Part shown: positions 13,432-64,000 of the stretch, piece by piece
Layout of the letters: every line of letters starts with the position of its first letter
How positions within the stretch are numbered: the first letter of the stretch is position 1
From: Paraspadella gotoi
Lineage: Eukaryota > Animalia > Chaetognatha
Length of the DNA stretch: 64,000 bases
Assembly: GCA_051294375.1 (NCBI GenBank)
Contig: CM119270.1
Coordinates: forward strand, 7,767,817 to 7,831,816
Reading direction: 5' to 3'
The notes under the pieces: generated by a model
Told to the model about the DNA's origin: nothing
Database searches by the model: none
What the model saw: the letters and a program-made list of their open reading frames with translations, nothing else
Program-made: the position numbers and the translations under genes

Positions 13432-15067
13432 CTTCTAAACCATATCAATCAAAGAGAACGAAAACTATTATCGAATCTCTTCAACGAAAAAAGCCAACGA
13501 TCAAAGAAAAGGGCGTGGACACTGACAAGGAACTCGGTGAGCGTTGGGCACAAGACGACCTCAATAGTGACCCCAGGAATTGGCAGTAGTGTGAGCATTG
13601 GTGGTTGAGTTATTGGCAAAGAGTCTTCGGGTCTTCTAATTACTTAATCTCTTAATCATTTCCTTAAAGTGCGGGATTGAGTTGTTTTTTTTTCATGCCA
13701 AACGAGTGTGTCTTGACGGTTTTTCGCACTGTTTATTTCGCGTTGGGAATAATTAATTTTTTTCTATCATGCTGCAGACGATGGAACGAGCGTAGGACTG
13801 AGGAGAGAGACAGCGGAGAGAGAGAGAGAGAGATGAAGTAGAGAAGTAGACGGGATCGAGCGATCGAGAGCAGAGAGAGAAAGAGCGAACGAGATGATTG
13901 AGATGACGAGAGATGGAAGGATGAAACGCGAGACAATGCAGAGAGAGAGATGGAAGAGAGAGACGAAGAGAGAATATTGCTGAACGCAGGTTACTCTCGT
14001 TTTTGCTGATGATTGTCAGCAGAGAGAGGAGATAGAAACGAAAGAGACAGAGAAAGATACAGCAGAAAGAGAAGGGCGAAGAGACAGAGAAGAGGAGAGA
14101 GACAGGAAGGTCAGAACATAGCAAGGAGAAGAGACGGAGGAAGGTCAATGAGACATGAGAAAAGGAAGAGACAGCAGGAAGCTGAGAAGAGACAGAGGAA
14201 GAAGAAGCAGAACATGCAGGAATGAGGAAGAGTCCAGACAAAGGGGAAGAGACAGAGGAAGCGGAAGACACCATATGTGAAGGGGGAAGAGACAGAGAAG
14301 AAGAGATGAGAAGAGAGAGAGAGACGGTCAGAAGCGGGCAAGAGATCAGAGAAACGGAAGAGACAAGAATAGTGCGGAAGAGACAGAGGAAGAAGAAGAT
14401 GACACGAGAATGGAAGGACAGACAAGCCGGAAAACAGAGAAGAGGACAGGAAGAGAGGAAGAAAGATGAGAAGAGACGGCAGAGACGAGGCAAGGGCAAA
14501 GGACAAGGGAGCAAGAGATAGAGAAAAAAGGGAAGAGACAGAGGAAGAGGAAGAGACACGGAAAGGGAAGAGACAAGAGGAAGGAGAAGCAGTCCGAAGG
14601 CAAGTGATGCAAGCGACAGAGAAGATGAAGAGACAAAGAAAGAGGAAGAGAGGAGCAAGGAAGAAACAGATAAGGGGAAGAGACAGAGTTAGTGAAGAGA
14701 CGAAAAAATAGATCGTGAAAGAAGAAGAAGAGATGAATAATCGAGATCAAAAAGAGAAAGTAGAGAAAAAGAGATGGAATGAGAGAAGAACAAATATGAA
14801 AATAAAGGACAGAGGAAAGGAAAGAAGGCAAGAACAAAGACGAAAAGAACGAAAGAGGAAGAAAGGAGAAATGGCCCATAGAACCAGAGGGTCACTGAAA
14901 AACTTGATTAGTTTGCGCCCGCGACGGCCATTTACACCCACGCCAACAGCCGCAGCAATGGCCTGCCGACGCCGCCCAGCGCGGTTGAGCCTGCTTGCAC
15001 GTTACTCAGGACTATTTTTGACGTCCCGCCAACCGACGCATTTTCCCGCCACCTCCTCCCCCCCCAG

Positions 15068-60253
<45,186 letters not shown>

Positions 60254-61277
60254 TGGAGTTGCGACGTGATGGGGTTGAAAGAAGTGGAGGAGGAAGAGTG
60301 GGAGAGAATCTCATTTAGTCTGTCGCGTTATCAAATGTGTACGACGACTAATTGAAAGGTTTTATTAACTGTTTATTGAAGTTCTAGAATTAGGAGCGTT
60401 GTCAAAGGTCATGTTAACGAGAGGTCATTAGAGACGTAATGACCCACCATGAGGTTTATCGAAAAAGTTCACGATACGATGAAAACTATTATTTCTTGAA
60501 CAGAATATATGAATTTATTCAAATACACTCAAAATTAAACTTGATTCTGTTCATTCTGTCCGAAATTTCTGCAGATACTTCCATGAATAAATATGGCTAT
60601 TGTAGTCAAGAGAAATATTATGCTGCAGAGATTCTCGATCATTGATTGATGTTGCAAGTATTAACTAAAATATTATACTAGTGGCGAATGTACGGAATTA
60701 ATAATTGATAATTAGAATCGTACGGAAATGGAAGATTATTTGGAGTCTAATTGGTGTTCGTCCAAAGAAACAAAACTATGATATATTTTGAATTGTTTAA
60801 AATGCCTTTATAATTATGATTATATTTCTTTCTGTGCTTTCAAACGATTGATTTAATAGTAGCTTTAATTTGCTTTCGTTTCGGATATGTGATGCAGGGC
60901 CCTTGAGACGAATAGTATGATAATTGAATTTTAAATTCATTGCTTCGTTTAATCACCGATTCATGCGTTGCATTTTATAGCAAGATGCGCAAACTTAAAG
61001 TCATCCGAAAATGAAATTCATTCACAATTTGCTAGCGTCGAATACTACTCCTCTCATTGGGTGGCCCCGCATCACAATTTTCGAATTTTTTACACGTTTT
61101 TTTACATTTGATTCGATACTTGTAAACATTTTTGACGAGTTATTTGAATTTGTGATCTCGTTTTCTTGTTTTGTGCGTCTTGCTAGTTCACTGCGGTAGT
61201 TGATCACTATTGGTTTACTTTCGTTTGCAATTAATTTATTCTGAATTGAATCATTTTTAAATATTTTATCCTTGCCA

Positions 61278-61372
<95 letters not shown>

Positions 61373-62598
61373 CTCGTTAATTTTGTATCAAAGTTTTCGT
61401 TATACTGTGAGTTATTTTATAATCAGACCATCTTCCCGTCGCGTGACTTTTTGTTTATCGATAAGAAAGTATTTTGTTTATTATAATTTTCTTTGCCAAA
61501 ATACAAAAAAAAATAACAAAAAAGCCGGGGGGTCACCGATAATTGTTTTGGTATAGTTTTGGAACCGTTTTTATTTGTTTTTCTATTTCGGTTTTGTATG
61601 AAATAAGCGAAGTCACTTTTTTTTTAAACAAAAAATTTTAAAAATTTTTTTTCAATCTTTAAAAAAAGTTTATAAAATTCTCTGCTATATCGTTTTCGCG
61701 TTCGCGTCCCTTGATGGCGAAACCATCGATGTTTTATTTACAAACAAATATCCTCGAATCGAAAAATCTATTAAATGTGCCGTTAGAAGTTAAAAAAAAT
61801 ATTCTAAGTTGTTGTCTTATTTTTGATAAAAGTCTGGCTCAGCAGCAAGAATCGAAGTCAGTCGATAACTTCATCATAGCTTAATTCAAATTACAATAAG
61901 AGCTACAAAGTTATTGATCTTTTCTTTTTTGGGGGGGGGCCCGTGGTCTGCTGGATACGGCTTTTAGGTCAAAATCGAACGAAATACTACATTACGTCAC
62001 AAAACACGAGACAAGCTATGAGGGTCAGAGTGTACAGTGTACACTACTCAACGAAACTATTGTTTGAGGGAAAAAATGAGAAAATTTTAACCAAGCTTGG
62101 GCAAGCTCGAATTTTGTTTATGCTCATATGTTGCGTTTGGGGACGCGATTAGTTCACAAGCTGCGTCGGAGGAAAATTTATCCGTGCTATTTTGTTCAGG
62201 AAACTTCATGAAGGGGTTTCCATTAGAGCTGATTTATCAAATATTCATCTCAGTAGAATATTAGAGTTGAATGCTCGACGCTTGCCACTGGCAAGAGTTG
62301 ATAGGTAGAAATTAACCACGGATATACTATTTTAGTAAGGCAGTCAACAAATTATTAAGACGAATCGAATGAAGTAAAACCTAATTGCTTCTGTGATATT
62401 CTGTGATATAATTAATAAAAAAATGAGAAAAAAAGATTGCAGACACAGCTTATATTCATTAGTAAAGAACAAAAAAAATATTTTTACCAAGTTAAAAATA
62501 ATATTATTGAAAAAAAAATTGCGTCTTGGGTAAAGAAGATGATGAAAAAAAAGAACAGAAAGAAGACAAGAAAAAGGGTAATTCTATTTTTATGAACG

Positions 62599-62676
<78 letters not shown>

Positions 62677-62909
62677 TGACGTTAAAAGCAAGGACTATGA
62701 TCGCGAGACTCATAAAAAGGAAGAGGTTTCTTTGACTCAAAGGAGTTGTTGTCTTTATACTTTATTTTTTTAACATCATTTTGAATGTGATTATCGATCT
62801 AATTATCTATATGTTATCTATCTAGCTATCTCTGTTTATATTTTTAAATTTATCTATTGATACGAAATGTCTTTGTTGTTTTTTCTAAACTTAATAGTAG
62901 AAACCTAAA

Positions 62910-62961
<52 letters not shown>

Positions 62962-62966
62962 CCTCG

Positions 62967-62999
<33 letters not shown>

Positions 63000-63135
63000 C
63001 TTCTCAAGAACGCTGACAACCCTGAACATCAAAGATCACGCATCGATGATTTTGAAAAGTGGAGGAACTGAGTAATTTTCTTCCCAAACGACGTAGAGAG
63101 AGCCTGCAAAAAGCCAAGAGAGAGTGGGAGAGAGC

Positions 63136-63171
<36 letters not shown>

Positions 63172-63644
63172 CGGAGACGTTGGAACGTTAGATTCCATGG
63201 TAATGACGTCATTGATCACGTGGTTACCTCTCGTCCAATCAGGAGCGACCGTCCCGTGAAAATCCTGCCGGTCATGTGGGAGTCTGGAGGAGGAGCGGGA
63301 CGGCTTTCGTCAACGGGAAAAGGAAGAGGAGAAGGGAGAAAAGAGGTTCCATGTGATAACTCGAAACCGCAGAGAAAAATAACATGTTCAGCGAAAGGGA
63401 GGGAGAGATGGTTAGAATAGGATAAGGGTATTAAAAATGAAAGTAAGTAAAACAAGAGTTGAAAATAGATAATAAACAAAAATTAAGCTTTGGGGATGGA
63501 ACAATGAAATATGTTGAACGTTGAACATGAAAAATATCTAGTTTTGAAAAATTGTCAAAAACATGACAAAAGAGAAATGATCGAAAATTAACAGAAAAAA
63601 AAAGGCAGGAAAGATTANNNNNNNNNNNNNNNNNNNNNNNNNTA

Positions 63645-63676
<32 letters not shown>

Positions 63677-64000
63677 AGAGAGCAGAAAGAGAGAAGAGAG
63701 AGAAAGAGAGGAGAGAAGAGAGAATGATGATGATGAAGAATGAGGGGTCGCCCGCGTGAAATAGGAAAGGGGAGAGAATGTGAGGAATGCAGAGAAAGAT
63801 TAAGGAGGGAGGAAGAAGGAAAGGGTCACAAGAAGAGGAAGAAGGAAAGCGTCGTTCATGAGGAGAGGAAGAGGTGGAGGAGGATGAGAGGGGAAGCCAC
63901 TGACGAGGCGCGCCGAAAAACTGCACGAGCGTAGAGTTCTGCACCATAGGAAAATTCTCTCACATCACATGGTGGGCGCCCGAGGCTAGTCGTGTCTCTC

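Noticed and set aside
13753-14900. Several 100-300 aa ORFs rich in S/L/F or R/E/K
   Set aside because: Degenerate (GA)-rich low-complexity sequence is open in many frames. The same applies to the other SLSL/ERER ORFs across the window.
63009-63071. Exon-like stretch after (CT)n (NADNPEHQRSRIDDFEKWRN* or TLTTLNIKDHASMILKSGGTE)
   Set aside because: Frame and partner exons cannot be determined and no domain is recognisable.
63896-63948. CTGACGA-GGCGCGCC-GAAA hammerhead-like string
   Set aside because: Stem II has almost no loop, stem III is out of register and stem I has only 2 bp.

Overview
This is eukaryotic (invertebrate animal) genomic DNA from a draft assembly. It is AT-rich, with many (CT)n/(GA)n/(GTC)n microsatellites, N-gaps and error-rich stretches, so most ORFs in the supplied track are repeat-derived. 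Three spliced genes can be rebuilt. (1) A 3-exon secreted prepro-protein with an unassigned 6-Cys module plus a TSP1 repeat (3822-5451, +). (2) The central and 3' part of a large PATJ/MPDZ-family multi-PDZ scaffold gene (about 15.1-60.3 kb, +), with four recognisable PDZ domains; parts of it occur two or three times. (3) A 4-exon secreted QPD/WND C-type lectin nested antisense in a PATJ intron (57126-55855, -). The large PATJ introns hold several mobile elements. These are a 5'-truncated Penelope-like GIY-YIG retroelement between ~550-bp inverted pseudo-LTRs, four minimal hammerhead-ribozyme motifs, a TA-flanked Tc1/mariner-type TIR element, a TTAA-flanked Kolobok-like element whose empty site is visible in the duplicated copy, DINE-1/HINE-like repeats and an LTR+PBS remnant. 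All calls were made by eye; no database search was run.
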